Below are positions 17,576 to 27,284 of a stretch of DNA of 64,000 nt, one piece after another. A program made the position numbers and the translations under genes. Location of the stretch: positions 1 to 64,000 of IMG/VR virus record IMGVR_UViG_3300015371_000014; one strand, written 5' to 3'. Source of the DNA: a virus. The notes below the pieces were generated by a model. That model was not told where the DNA came from and searched no databases. It was given only the letters and a program-made list of their open reading frames with translations. Position 1 is the stretch's first letter; the number at the start of each line of letters is the position of its first letter.

Positions 17576-19003
17576 ATGACAGAACCCAACCAAAGGGAAG
17601 AAGGGGAATCTCACCCCTCTTTCCGTGTAGGGGTTCCGATGCAGGTGGCAAAGCTCAGTTCGGCTGAGCGAGCCAAGCTGGTTACGCTGGCCCACGAGCG
17701 TGCCCCTGATCCCACGGTGTTTGAGGATCAAGAGCCTTTTTTCTTCACGGCTCGTGCCTCAAACCAGACCGTGGACTCCTACTTCACCAGGATGAACGAA
17801 ACCTCTCTCAACAACTACGCGCAGGACGCGACCGATCCTGGCGTCCAGTTCATGGTCAGTCACGATGTGATGGAAGTCGGCTTTGGACGTTCCCTTGCTG
17901 GTCGGGTAACCGGACCCAAGGGCAATAAAGAATGCCTGATTGACTTCTATACGATCCCTGGCCTCCGCGCTGGGAACGTCTCCTCAGATGAATTCATCAA
18001 CGGCTCCAGGGCTGGCATCTATGCGGATGTCTCGATTGGGTTCAATCCCAAGGCGATGATCTGCAATATTTGCGGCAATGACTGGATGCGCCGTTGGATG
18101 GATATGTGGGACGACAGCGTTGACTCCTGCACTCACTGGCCGGGAATGGAATACGAAATTGAGAAGGGACGTAAGAACACAAAAGTGACCTGCGTCCTTG
18201 ACGTGCAAGACGCACGTCTCAATGAAGTGTCCCTGGTCTACGATGGCGCAACCCCTGGGGCTGGTATTGCCGCAGTGGACATGGCGCGAATGATGAGTGC
18301 TAGGGGACAATTGAATCCAGTGGAGCGCCAAGCTCTGGAAAACATCTATCGGGTCCGGATTGCCGCTCCTCCTGGTCTGTATGGGGGAGTCGAGCTAGGA
18401 GATGTGAGGTACAGCGTCGTGACGAAAACCACTAATAACACTGAGACTCAGCGCACCGTTGAGGCCGAAGAGAACGAGGTTGACCCACAGCCGGTTCCTG
18501 AGGCTCGCAAGGCGGTAGTCGAGTTTGTTGAGGATCGGGCAGAGGCTACGCCTGAGGAAAACGCTTCGCCACTGGAGATGGTGCGGCGGAAATTCGCAGA
18601 CCGTGGGCTGAACCTCGATGGAGAGCCTCACGAGATCATTGATGCCCTGGCGGAAAAGGCTCTGGCCCAACGTCAGCAAATCAAGGATCTGGAAAAGGAA
18701 GCTGGTTATGGGCGCGAAGCTCGTACCGCTCTCTTGACCGCCCTGGACGAAGAGGTGGTCCGCGCTTTTGGTGGCGCTAACGCCGAAGAGAGCCAGAAGC
18801 GATACCGCCGCATGGTTGCCGATCTCGACATGAGTGAGATTCAGGCAGTCATCGATGAACTAGGAGAGCGAGCCGTCGCCAGAATTGGCAAGGGCGGTCA
18901 GAAGGCTCTTCTTGATCTCAAAGCAAACGGGAAAGAGCAACCCGAAGTCCCGGCTGATCGCAAGCCCCGACCTCGCGGCGAAACTCCTTCGCACCTGATC
19001 TAA
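17576..19003 (+). CDS. Prohead protease with C-terminal scaffold
   Basis: FMVSHD, DVSIGF, CNICG...CTH, EVSLVYDGA; helical acidic C-terminus. Confidence 0.8.
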   Translation: MTEPNQREEGESHPSFRVGVPMQVAKLSSAERAKLVTLAHERAPDPTVFEDQEPFFFTARASNQTVDSYFTRMNETSLNNYAQDATDPGVQFMVSHDVMEVGFGRSLAGRVTGPKGNKECLIDFYTIPGLRAGNVSSDEFINGSRAGIYADVSIGFNPKAMICNICGNDWMRRWMDMWDDSVDSCTHWPGMEYEIEKGRKNTKVTCVLDVQDARLNEVSLVYDGATPGAGIAAVDMARMMSARGQLNPVERQALENIYRVRIAAPPGLYGGVELGDVRYSVVTKTTNNTETQRTVEAEENEVDPQPVPEARKAVVEFVEDRAEATPEENASPLEMVRRKFADRGLNLDGEPHEIIDALAEKALAQRQQIKDLEKEAGYGREARTALLTALDEEVVRAFGGANAEESQKRYRRMVADLDMSEIQAVIDELGERAVARIGKGGQKALLDLKANGKEQPEVPADRKPRPRGETPSHLI

Positions 19004-19015
19004 GGAGCTATTACT

Positions 19016-19456
19016 ATGGCGAACCCGCGTAAGGTAATCGTCCACGATGACATCGGTTTTCGTGGCCTCACCTTCCTCATCGATGGTTCCACCATCGTCT
19101 GGAGCGCTACCGCAAAAAATGGATCGGCTTCGGCTGGTCTGGCTGTGGCTCTGGTCGCTGGCACCACGATGACGGTGGAACTCGTGACCACGAACCAATC
19201 GGTTCTGGGCCGTCTCGACAATGTGGCGCAGGACGGTTCCTGCACCGTGCAGATTGAAGGCCAGTGCTACCTCCCACAGGCAACTGGTGGTGATGTGGTC
19301 CGTGGCGGCAAGTGTGTCGGCGGTCTGGGTCCATCTTCGGCGCGTGGATATATCAAGGAACCGGATACGACAAGCGCAGCCTCCGCGCTGCCTGCACGTC
19401 ACTTGGTTCTGGATGACACGACCGCTACGGCGATCAGCGTCTTCCTCAGCCCGTAA
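19016..19456 (+). CDS. Capsid decoration/cement protein
   Basis: Small beta-rich ORF between protease and capsid. Confidence 0.6.
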   Translation: MANPRKVIVHDDIGFRGLTFLIDGSTIVWSATAKNGSASAGLAVALVAGTTMTVELVTTNQSVLGRLDNVAQDGSCTVQIEGQCYLPQATGGDVVRGGKCVGGLGPSSARGYIKEPDTTSAASALPARHLVLDDTTATAISVFLSP

Positions 19457-19485
19457 GAGCCGCGTGGCAGCGGTGGAGGAATACT

Positions 19486-20718
19486 ATGGACAAGGTTAAG
19501 CAACCGGCTACTGAGACGATGCGGCTCCGTCCTGCGGAGTGTCTGGAGCGTCTGCCGGAACTGTATCGGGAGGCTGCGCGTGAGAACATTACGCTCAGTC
19601 ACTTCCTCGAAAACGAAGACCCCAGCCATGAGTGGGAGAACACTGAGGATCGCAAGATTCGCGCCTTTGGCCGTGTGCTGCGAGCGTCAGGGTTCCGCTT
19701 CAAGAGCGATCCCGCTGAAGGTATCTGGGCCGACTCCTTGGAGAAGGTCTACGAGGATCCTGTTGGACGAGCGCTACTCCCTGAGTGGGCGCGTTCCGTG
19801 TGGCGGCGAACCCTCAACAACGGCTATCAGCCTCAGGTGCGGTCCATCTTCGGTTCCGGCGATGACCTCGTCGGTGGGTTGATGCGGCCCTACACCGATA
19901 AGCCAGGGATTGCTGAGCAACTCCTCACCCCGGCTGTGCGCCTCTCCGATCTGGTGGCGATGACGACTCCGGTCGATTCGGATACCTATCGCAGCGCCTA
20001 CCTGGATGAGCCATCGGCACCCAACGTGCGCCTCAGCAGGGTGCAGGAAAAGTCGGACATCCCTCGCTCCTCGATCACCGTGTCTGAACACGTCATCCGA
20101 CTGTTCAAGTACGGGCGCGGAATCGAGATCAGCTATGAGGCTGGTCGGCGGATCCGGATTGACAAGATTGCGTTCTGGCTCGCTCGTGCAGCCCTCCAGG
20201 TGGAAGCTGACCGGGTGGCACAGGCGATTGACGTGGCAATCAACGGTGACGGCAATGCCAGCACCGCAGCCACCAACTACAACCAGTCCGCGCTTGACAC
20301 GGGTGCCGTCCTGACGGTGAAGGGCTACTTGGCATTCAAGTCCAAGTGGAAGCAGCCGTATCGCATGACGCACATCTTCGCTCGCGAGACAGAACTGACG
20401 AACCTGCAGTTGCTGCAATTCCCGAACAACAACCCGTTTATGTTCCAGGGCGATACCCTGGCCGGGTTCGGTGGCATCACCCCGATGCAGGATCTCCTGT
20501 CGGGGAACGTCATCTTCGGACAGACCGATCAGGTTCCCGCTGGTGTGTATCTGGGTATTGACGCTCGCGTCGGCCTGGAGCGCATTACGGAGATCGGTTC
20601 GGACATTCAGGAAACCACGCGGTTCATCGAGCGCCAGACGGAAGCTCTCTTCTTCACGGAGAACGATGGCTTCGGCGTCCTCGACAACCTCGCGGCCAAG
20701 ACCCTGACGATGGCCTAA
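19486..20718 (+). CDS. Major capsid protein (HK97 fold)
   Basis: 410 aa; RVQEKSDIP and KYGRGIEISYE; strong RBS; downstream hairpin. Confidence 0.88.
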   Translation: MDKVKQPATETMRLRPAECLERLPELYREAARENITLSHFLENEDPSHEWENTEDRKIRAFGRVLRASGFRFKSDPAEGIWADSLEKVYEDPVGRALLPEWARSVWRRTLNNGYQPQVRSIFGSGDDLVGGLMRPYTDKPGIAEQLLTPAVRLSDLVAMTTPVDSDTYRSAYLDEPSAPNVRLSRVQEKSDIPRSSITVSEHVIRLFKYGRGIEISYEAGRRIRIDKIAFWLARAALQVEADRVAQAIDVAINGDGNASTAATNYNQSALDTGAVLTVKGYLAFKSKWKQPYRMTHIFARETELTNLQLLQFPNNNPFMFQGDTLAGFGGITPMQDLLSGNVIFGQTDQVPAGVYLGIDARVGLERITEIGSDIQETTRFIERQTEALFFTENDGFGVLDNLAAKTLTMA

Positions 20719-20742
20719 GAGAGGGGGCTTCGGCTCCTTTTC
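20719..20742 (+). terminator. UUCG hairpin/terminator after capsid gene
   Basis: GAGAGGGGGC-TTCG-GCTCCTTTTC. Confidence 0.6.
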
Positions 20743-21014
20743 CGCGAGCGCAAAACATAGGAGCGCATCATGGCTAGGGAAATGACGATTGTCTGTTTGG
20801 AAAAGGGCGAATGGGAACCGGGTCTTACTGCCGATCAACATGGGTGTGATCGGGCGATGCATGCGGTTGGTGGTCTTGATCTGAATCGAGAGTCACCACT
20901 GACCTACGTCGATATCGAGCTTGGACCCGGTTCTAGTGGACCTGTCTTGACAAGAACCGAATCCCTAGCCATGAAGCTCCTAACAGGATTCTGTAAGATC
21001 AAGGAGACAGAGTA

Positions 21015-21530
21015 ATGCCACAAGCAGATTACATCTACGTCCGCTCTGGACGTAGCGACAACCGGGTAGCCCTGTCGGAAGTTGATGAGGCTCACCCTGG
21101 CGGGACGGCGTTTGTTGCCCAGGGGATGACGCGTAAGGTTGGCTACACCCCGTTCGTGGCTGATCAGATCCGCCAGGGATTCCTGGTCGAGGTCAACGAC
21201 GCCGCTGGCAAGAAGCAGGCCGACGAATTCGCCAAGACTGTCATGTCGGGCGAAGAGAGAGAAGCCATGGGCGAACCCCAAGCAGACACCTTTGATCCCC
21301 TGGTTGGCAAGTCCGATTCTGAGCTTGCCCAGATGGCGAAAGACCGCAACATCAAGATCGAGCAGGGCATGCGGAAGTCTGATCTCGTGTCAGCTATCGC
21401 GGCTCACGACAACGCCGAAGCGGCCAAGAACGAATCCCTGCGGAATCAACGGGACGAGATCGCTGCTGAGCAAGAAGAGAAGCAGGACACGAAGACCACC
21501 AAGGTCACCGCTCCTGGCAAGGATCGATAA
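21015..21530 (+). CDS. Virion-associated protein with Rho-N/HeH-like domain
   Basis: ELAQMAKDRNI...MRKSDLVSAI. Confidence 0.6.
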   Translation: MPQADYIYVRSGRSDNRVALSEVDEAHPGGTAFVAQGMTRKVGYTPFVADQIRQGFLVEVNDAAGKKQADEFAKTVMSGEEREAMGEPQADTFDPLVGKSDSELAQMAKDRNIKIEQGMRKSDLVSAIAAHDNAEAAKNESLRNQRDEIAAEQEEKQDTKTTKVTAPGKDR

Positions 21531-21952
21531 TGCCGCTTCTCCCCTCCGACCGCTATGAGGATATTCGCCTCAAGCTCGATCCTACCCTGGATGGAGAAGA
21601 GGCAATTCCCAATGAAGTCCTGACATCAGACATGGTGTTAGGAGAAGCAGAGCGCTGGATTCTTAAAGTGGACCCAACGGCTGCTTCGCGAGTCGGAGGG
21701 GAGTTGCAGGCTGTCTATCGAGCCATCATTTGCTACGCCGCAGCTGTCTTGTCCCCTTCTGTTCCGCAAGCAAAGCAGGTCAATATGGCGGGGCACAGCG
21801 TCACCACTGACTATGCTGAAACCCCGTCAGAGCGTACGGCTCGTCTCTATGCAGAGGCCACGGCGGCAGTCGCCTATTACCTGCCAGCTATCCTCCAGAC
21901 CACCGTTACTACCATGACGTACTTCACCACGGTGAGTGGTAGACGTGCCTAG
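21530..21952 (+). CDS. Head-tail adaptor
   Basis: Position, size and helical pattern. Confidence 0.6.
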   Translation: MPLLPSDRYEDIRLKLDPTLDGEEAIPNEVLTSDMVLGEAERWILKVDPTAASRVGGELQAVYRAIICYAAAVLSPSVPQAKQVNMAGHSVTTDYAETPSERTARLYAEATAAVAYYLPAILQTTVTTMTYFTTVSGRRA

Positions 21953-22586
21953 TATTTCCTTCTATCCGCGTCGCTATATGCGGGGATTGGCCTCTGGCGA
22001 TCTCCGCGAAGATGGCGCGATCTGGCGTGATGACGGATATGGGTTCACGCTCTTAACTGTCACCAAAGCGTCAGTACGCCATCGCCTCAACCAACCCGCA
22101 CCGGATGATCCCCAGGAAGCGACCGCAGCTAATGCAGAGTTTGTCGAGGTTCACTTTCCCTGGGACTCTCCGGTACGGATTGGGGATAAATACGTGCAGG
22201 ACGGTCGGTCCTGGGTGATCGGACTCACCAACATTACGGATTCCTACAGCACCTTTGCGCGGTGTTACGCGGCCCGTCCTATTGCCGCCACGCCGCGCCA
22301 GTGGGTGTCCTTCCGTCGCTACCTTCAGCCTGAGCAACAGTGGATCATTCTCGCGCCCCAACTGGTGCAGCTTGCCTGGAGTAAGAACCAACCAGACCGA
22401 CTGGGTGGCGTAGCGATTCGCCAGTACGGATACATCTTTGCCCCAGAGGATATGCCACCCCTTGATGTGCAACAGGGAGACACGTTCTACCTTGATGGAA
22501 TGAGCGCCGTGGTGACCTGGGCCGCTCCCTCGACTGGCTCTCGCCGCGAAGCGCTGTTTGCCATCAACGTTGGGGAGGGTGTCTGA
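21936..22586 (+). CDS. Head closure/stopper-like protein, apparently with a duplicated domain
   Basis: Two similar motifs, VRIGD and VQQGD. Confidence 0.5.
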   Translation: MVDVPSISFYPRRYMRGLASGDLREDGAIWRDDGYGFTLLTVTKASVRHRLNQPAPDDPQEATAANAEFVEVHFPWDSPVRIGDKYVQDGRSWVIGLTNITDSYSTFARCYAARPIAATPRQWVSFRRYLQPEQQWIILAPQLVQLAWSKNQPDRLGGVAIRQYGYIFAPEDMPPLDVQQGDTFYLDGMSAVVTWAAPSTGSRREALFAINVGEGV

Positions 22587-22972
22587 TGCCCTGGCCGCTA
22601 CGCGAGGTTCCGAATCCTTTCTATGGCCCTGACGCACGTCCCTGGAATGATCTTTCCCCAGGATCCTACTGGACGATCCCAGCCGACAAAGAAGGCTATT
22701 TTGTTCGGCCCCTCTCACCAGAGTTTCATGCTTCGGGTCGAGACTTCGCGATCTTCATTACCTTGCCAGGGGGAGCGGAGTGGTGTCCAGACATGATCTC
22801 TTCTGAGAGTGGTCATGGTTGGACGGTTACAGGAGAACTCCCAAAGATCACTGCTCATCCAAGCGTGCATCAGATCGGTCGTTATCACGGATTCGTTACA
22901 GATGGCGTGCTAACCGACGATCTGGAAGGGCGCACCTACGATGACAGGAGTTTGACAGATGTCAATCTTTGA
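22586..22972 (+). CDS. DUF6527-like protein
   Basis: WTVTG..P.ITAHPSV....YHGFVTDG. Confidence 0.55.
   Translation: MPWPLREVPNPFYGPDARPWNDLSPGSYWTIPADKEGYFVRPLSPEFHASGRDFAIFITLPGGAEWCPDMISSESGHGWTVTGELPKITAHPSVHQIGRYHGFVTDGVLTDDLEGRTYDDRSLTDVNL
22952..22965. promoter_or_regulatory. Palindrome TTGACAGATGTCAA
   Basis: Contains ATG 22959. Confidence 0.85.
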
Positions 22973-23717
22973 AGCTGGTGGACTAGGGCGACTCCCTCCC
23001 ACGGATGACAAGCACCTCCGGATGTTCAGTCTAACCCCTGAGACGATGCCCTCTGAACCAACGCCCGTCGTGATCGGTATCAACTGGTACGAGCGGTTCG
23101 ATAACTACTTTCAAGACGACAAGGGCCACTACTGGATCTCTCGCTCAGGGATGGATCTGGGGCGTATTCGTGGCGGTCACTGTATCTGCGTGGCTTCGCC
23201 CCACATCATAGACCGCTGGTGGCCTTTCTATGACCAGGGTTCTGAGGGAGCCTGCGTTGGCTTTGGTTGGTCGCGCTACGCCTCACTAATGAACAGGGTG
23301 CGCTATGACGGCTTCAAGCTCTACCACGAAGCACAAAAGATCGATGAGTGGGCTGGCGAAAACTATAGCGGAACCTCTGTTCGCGCTGGTGGTGATGTCC
23401 TGCGTACTCTGGGCGCTTGGAAAGTGCTGCGAGGAAAGACGCAAGACTACCCCGACGCTGAAGCTGGCATCGTTCAGTACCGCTGGGCCACCACCATCGA
23501 GCAAGTTGCACAATGCCTCTCACCGCACGACGACGGTCACAGGATTCTGAGTGACGGGTTTCTCGTTCTGCTCAACTCCTGGGGACCACGCTATCCTGCC
23601 AAGGTGAGGATGGATCTTGACACTGCATATCGCGTTCTCTTCAAAGAAGAGGGTGATGTGAGCATGGCGACTGATCGCCCTGCTTTGCCAAATACCGCGA
23701 GAGGATTTCTTGTATGA
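22959..23717 (+). CDS. Papain-like (C1) cysteine peptidase with rearranged segments
   Basis: DQGSEGACVGF, GGH, LLNSWG. Confidence 0.8.
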   Translation: MSIFEAGGLGRLPPTDDKHLRMFSLTPETMPSEPTPVVIGINWYERFDNYFQDDKGHYWISRSGMDLGRIRGGHCICVASPHIIDRWWPFYDQGSEGACVGFGWSRYASLMNRVRYDGFKLYHEAQKIDEWAGENYSGTSVRAGGDVLRTLGAWKVLRGKTQDYPDAEAGIVQYRWATTIEQVAQCLSPHDDGHRILSDGFLVLLNSWGPRYPAKVRMDLDTAYRVLFKEEGDVSMATDRPALPNTARGFLV

Positions 23718-24127
23718 ATCGTCGTGCCGTTCTTGCTGCCTCATTGGTAGCGCTGACAGAGATGGGATTCCTGAAGAAGGTTGCTGCCAGCCAAACCTGT
23801 ACCACCGGCAACTGCTCTGGCAATCAGACCTGTTGCGATGGTTGGACGTGCCAGCCTACTGGCAATGGGAACTCCCACGTCTGCGTCTCTGAGGATATCA
23901 GCAACATTCCTTGTGAGGAACATGATCAGTGTCCCGATGATGGGGTCTGTCATGAAGGGCAGTGCTGCATTGCCTACAACCAGTACATCGTGGTGGACGG
24001 TGCGCCGGAAATTACCATCATCTATGTGCCGATCACAATCACGGTACCAATCACGACTCCCGCACCAGCACCAGCCCCGGTTCCCCATCACAAGCGGAAG
24101 CGCCGACACCGACGCAATAGGCACTAG
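23714..24127 (+). CDS. Tat-type signal, Cys-rich protein with basic tail
   Basis: MNRRAVLA; many Cys; HHKRKRRHRRNRH. Confidence 0.65.
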   Translation: MNRRAVLAASLVALTEMGFLKKVAASQTCTTGNCSGNQTCCDGWTCQPTGNGNSHVCVSEDISNIPCEEHDQCPDDGVCHEGQCCIAYNQYIVVDGAPEITIIYVPITITVPITTPAPAPAPVPHHKRKRRHRRNRH

Positions 24128-24144
24128 AACGCAAATACAGCCCC
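24124..24144 (+). repeat. Dispersed element copy A
   Basis: CTAGAACGCAAATACAGCCCC; 18/21 identical to the reverse complement of 49632-49652. Confidence 0.55.
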
Positions 24145-24186
24145 GTAGAGGCGCGTTCTGGCTGAAAAGGTAGAAGGGACAAGGGT

Positions 24187-24576
24187 ATGGCTGGGAAAGC
24201 CAGTTTTGGCAACGTACGGTTCACCTGGATCCGACCTCCCTCCGGAATGGGGGATGAGTGTCGGAGACGAGCCGATGCGCTCCAGCCTGCCCTTGCCGCA
24301 CGCATGACCGCCATGGCGGCAGATCTCGTCAGTTATATGCAGGCGAACGCTCCCTGGAATGATCGTACTGGGGATGCACGAGCGGGACTGAGTTCCAATG
24401 TTCGCCAGTCTGGGAAGGGAGGTGTGACGGTTTCGGCCTTTCACACTGTTCCTTATGGTGGCTTTCTGGAAACAGGAACTTCCAAGATGTCTGCCTATCC
24501 GATCATCGGTCCTGCCCTGGAAGCCCACTATGCGGAAGCACGCAAGCTGATGGCTGATATTGCTGGGAGTGGGTAG
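24187..24576 (+). CDS. HK97 gp10-like tail completion protein
   Basis: APWNDRTG, YGGFLETGTSKM. Confidence 0.8.
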   Translation: MAGKASFGNVRFTWIRPPSGMGDECRRRADALQPALAARMTAMAADLVSYMQANAPWNDRTGDARAGLSSNVRQSGKGGVTVSAFHTVPYGGFLETGTSKMSAYPIIGPALEAHYAEARKLMADIAGSG

Positions 24577-25082
24577 TGGCCTATCTAGAAACTCCCTTAC
24601 AACGCAAGATCATTGAACTCCTCAACACTGACGCATTACTGACCTCTGCGTTCTTCGGTGGGATTTATCCCAGACTTCCCCGTGCAGGCAAAGGGGCCAC
24701 CGCAACGCCTAATGCGTTCTATACCGATGCAGAAAACCCACTTCAATCTGGTAAACTGAAGCCAACCATCGCTGTGTTAGACGGCGATGACGTACCGGCT
24801 CCCGCTGGGGAAGTGCTGGGTGGGTACCAGTCATTCCCCTGGGTATACGCATACGTCATCCCAGATGTAACGGGCGAAACGGCACTCGGGCACTTAGAAC
24901 GTGTCCTGCGTACCAAGTTTCGGCGGGATCTCTCCTATCCCGTCTATGACGTAACTGGGACGCAGATCATTGTTCTGAATCGCTCAGGGCTATTGGATGG
25001 CGAAGACGTTGGCTATCCGGATCGTCTCTGGACGAGATGGAGACTGCAAGCCTTAAGTATTCGCGTCCTCTCGCAGTTATAG
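24576..25082 (+). CDS. Tail terminator-like protein
   Basis: Position and size. Confidence 0.55.
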   Translation: MAYLETPLQRKIIELLNTDALLTSAFFGGIYPRLPRAGKGATATPNAFYTDAENPLQSGKLKPTIAVLDGDDVPAPAGEVLGGYQSFPWVYAYVIPDVTGETALGHLERVLRTKFRRDLSYPVYDVTGTQIIVLNRSGLLDGEDVGYPDRLWTRWRLQALSIRVLSQL

Positions 25083-25093
25083 GAGCTAACACG

Positions 25094-25450
25094 ATGCCCA
25101 ATACCAAAAAGGCGGATGCCTACTCCGCAGCGGAGATGAAGGAACACCGCCGCCGCCTAACCGCCAATGAGCGGCTAGAGGCTGGGGTCTGCTACGACCC
25201 GGCTCGCTGGCCGAACGAGTTCTTCCGGTGCAGTGAAACCGAACAGGCGTCAGCCCGTGGTGAGGTTTCGGTGTCCTGGGACGGCACGGTCGTGCAGGAT
25301 CTCGCTTCCGGCAAGATCGAACTTCAGGACAGCACAGTTACCATTCGCCCTGACACCACCGTCGTTCCGGTGACGCACGTTGCTGGTACCTCTGGCGCAG
25401 TCGCGCCGGTTGGGAACGTCAACGTGACGACCGAAGGGGCGCACCCGTAA
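25094..25450 (+). CDS. Hypothetical protein
   Basis: AGGAG RBS. Confidence 0.55.
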   Translation: MPNTKKADAYSAAEMKEHRRRLTANERLEAGVCYDPARWPNEFFRCSETEQASARGEVSVSWDGTVVQDLASGKIELQDSTVTIRPDTTVVPVTHVAGTSGAVAPVGNVNVTTEGAHP

Positions 25451-25857
25451 TGACCGCGATCCACATTGACGACACGGTGGATATCGAGTACGTGGGCGAC
25501 CCTCCCGTCATCGATGAAATCATGCGGTATCGGATGGCGGTAGGGGAACTTCCCCTGGACGCTGCGGCAGTACTGCGCGGGGCTGAAATGGATCGCTGCA
25601 CCGCATTTCCAGAAGTGGACGTGCGGGTGATTGATCCAGAGTATTTCGGGACCAGTCGTCAGTACACCTTTGGACCGCACACCTTCGTCACTGCTGTCGA
25701 GCGGCAGGATGTGGACAAGATCCTGGGAAGTTCCTCTGGTCATCAGTTCCGTATCGTTGGTGATCCAATGAACGATGTCGTTCTTCCTCGCCAGCCATTC
25801 CGGTTCGTGAATGATCTGGAAGTCAACCCAGCGCAGCTTCGGGCTGCGATCAGGTAA
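25450..25857 (+). CDS. Hypothetical protein
   Basis: TAATG coupling. Confidence 0.55.
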   Translation: MTAIHIDDTVDIEYVGDPPVIDEIMRYRMAVGELPLDAAAVLRGAEMDRCTAFPEVDVRVIDPEYFGTSRQYTFGPHTFVTAVERQDVDKILGSSSGHQFRIVGDPMNDVVLPRQPFRFVNDLEVNPAQLRAAIR

Positions 25858-26078
25858 TGACTGGTCGTGGCTGGAAGAGGTGTCGTACCTCTGACAAGCC
25901 GAACGCTCTGAGGTTCGATATTCTGGAGGGTCGTTTTATCAGGTTGCGTGATCGCAGCGCAGACTGTCCGGTGCGGGGCAGGGCGTACGTGGTCATCGAC
26001 ATTCTGACTGGCAGGACGGTTCCAGAGCAGACGGATTACCGGGCGAAGGAATCGAACGGCCAAACCTAGGAGAGAACG

Positions 26079-26612
26079 ATGCCGAACTATGGTGAAATTC
26101 CACGAGGTCTAGATGACCTCAAGGTCTACGTTCTGACCGCTGACACACCGGGTAGCTCCGTGGATGTCCCTGGCGCACAGGCGCTGGAATGGTCAGTTGA
26201 ATCGGACTCCGACGAGCTACGCGGTGACAACTCCGCTATCGCCCTTGTCCGTAACCCGAAGACGGTTTCTGGCACCATCCGCATCGCCAAGATCAACCTT
26301 GCCGCCATCGCGGCCATGGTCGGTGGTACGGTCGCGACCTCTGGCACGACCCCCAACGAGATCAAGGCGTTGGATGAGACTTCCGCCGCCCCGGCCCGGT
26401 ACTTCCAGGTCGTTGGTCAGGCGGGTTCTCAGGATGCCAACGGCTCAGCCTACCGGGTCACCATCTACAAATGCTTGGTGACAGGAGGTCCAAACGAGAC
26501 GCTGACCATCGATGAGTGGTCTACGCCGGAATTCGAATTCGAAGCGATTGCCAACCTCTCCGGTAACCTGCTGAAGAGACAGAACTACGAGACTGGCGTC
26601 GCCGTCACATAA
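26079..26612 (+). CDS. Major tail tube protein
   Basis: GLDDLKVY, ELRGDN, RVTIYKC; precedes chaperone and tape measure. Confidence 0.85.
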   Translation: MPNYGEIPRGLDDLKVYVLTADTPGSSVDVPGAQALEWSVESDSDELRGDNSAIALVRNPKTVSGTIRIAKINLAAIAAMVGGTVATSGTTPNEIKALDETSAAPARYFQVVGQAGSQDANGSAYRVTIYKCLVTGGPNETLTIDEWSTPEFEFEAIANLSGNLLKRQNYETGVAVT

Positions 26613-26684
26613 CCCTGGCTCTGATCGGCGGGGTGGTCCCGTCGCGAGCGCATATCGCGGGAAACCGCAAGGAGCGCATCTCTC

Positions 26685-27284
26685 ATGTCCGACGTTATTC
26701 AGATCAACCCGTCTCTGGGTGCCAACGGCGCACAGCCTGAGGCCCCAGAGAAGGCCCCCTACATCGATGTCGTGGTGGAAACGGTGAATTCTGCCGATGA
26801 CATCAGCTACCTGACGATGGGACCAAAGAAACTTTCGGGTTCCATCTTCGCGGGGAGAACGGCGGAAGAAGCCTATCCGGTTATCCCCTTCAAGCTCGTG
26901 CAAACCTCAATCCGCGAACAGCAGCAGTTGATGGCGGATGTCCGCATCATCAACCTGACTGACCGCACCATCCTCGACATGCAGCCCCACAAGGTGCGCG
27001 AGCTTATCGACCGGCTCTTCTTCAACACCAACACCTCTCCGGTCAAAGTCACCGGCAAACAGCGCACCAACCAGAACCTCGATAGGCTGAAGGAGATCTG
27101 CTACGCCTATGGCTGCGCCGGTTTCGTCAGTCCGAAGCTGGTCTTGAGCCAGACCGAAGAGGATCTGGAGAACGACATTCTCTGGGTAGGCCGTATTGCG
27201 CTCGCAGACCTGCACGAGTTCTGGCGCATTTGTGAAGGAGCAGACGACCTCGCAGCGCGACGGTTGGAAGGGTTTTCTGAGTAA
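26685..27284 (+). CDS. Tail assembly chaperone (G-like)
   Basis: Position; AAGGAG RBS; GGGTTTT near the stop. Confidence 0.7.
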   Translation: MSDVIQINPSLGANGAQPEAPEKAPYIDVVVETVNSADDISYLTMGPKKLSGSIFAGRTAEEAYPVIPFKLVQTSIREQQQLMADVRIINLTDRTILDMQPHKVRELIDRLFFNTNTSPVKVTGKQRTNQNLDRLKEICYAYGCAGFVSPKLVLSQTEEDLENDILWVGRIALADLHEFWRICEGADDLAARRLEGFSE

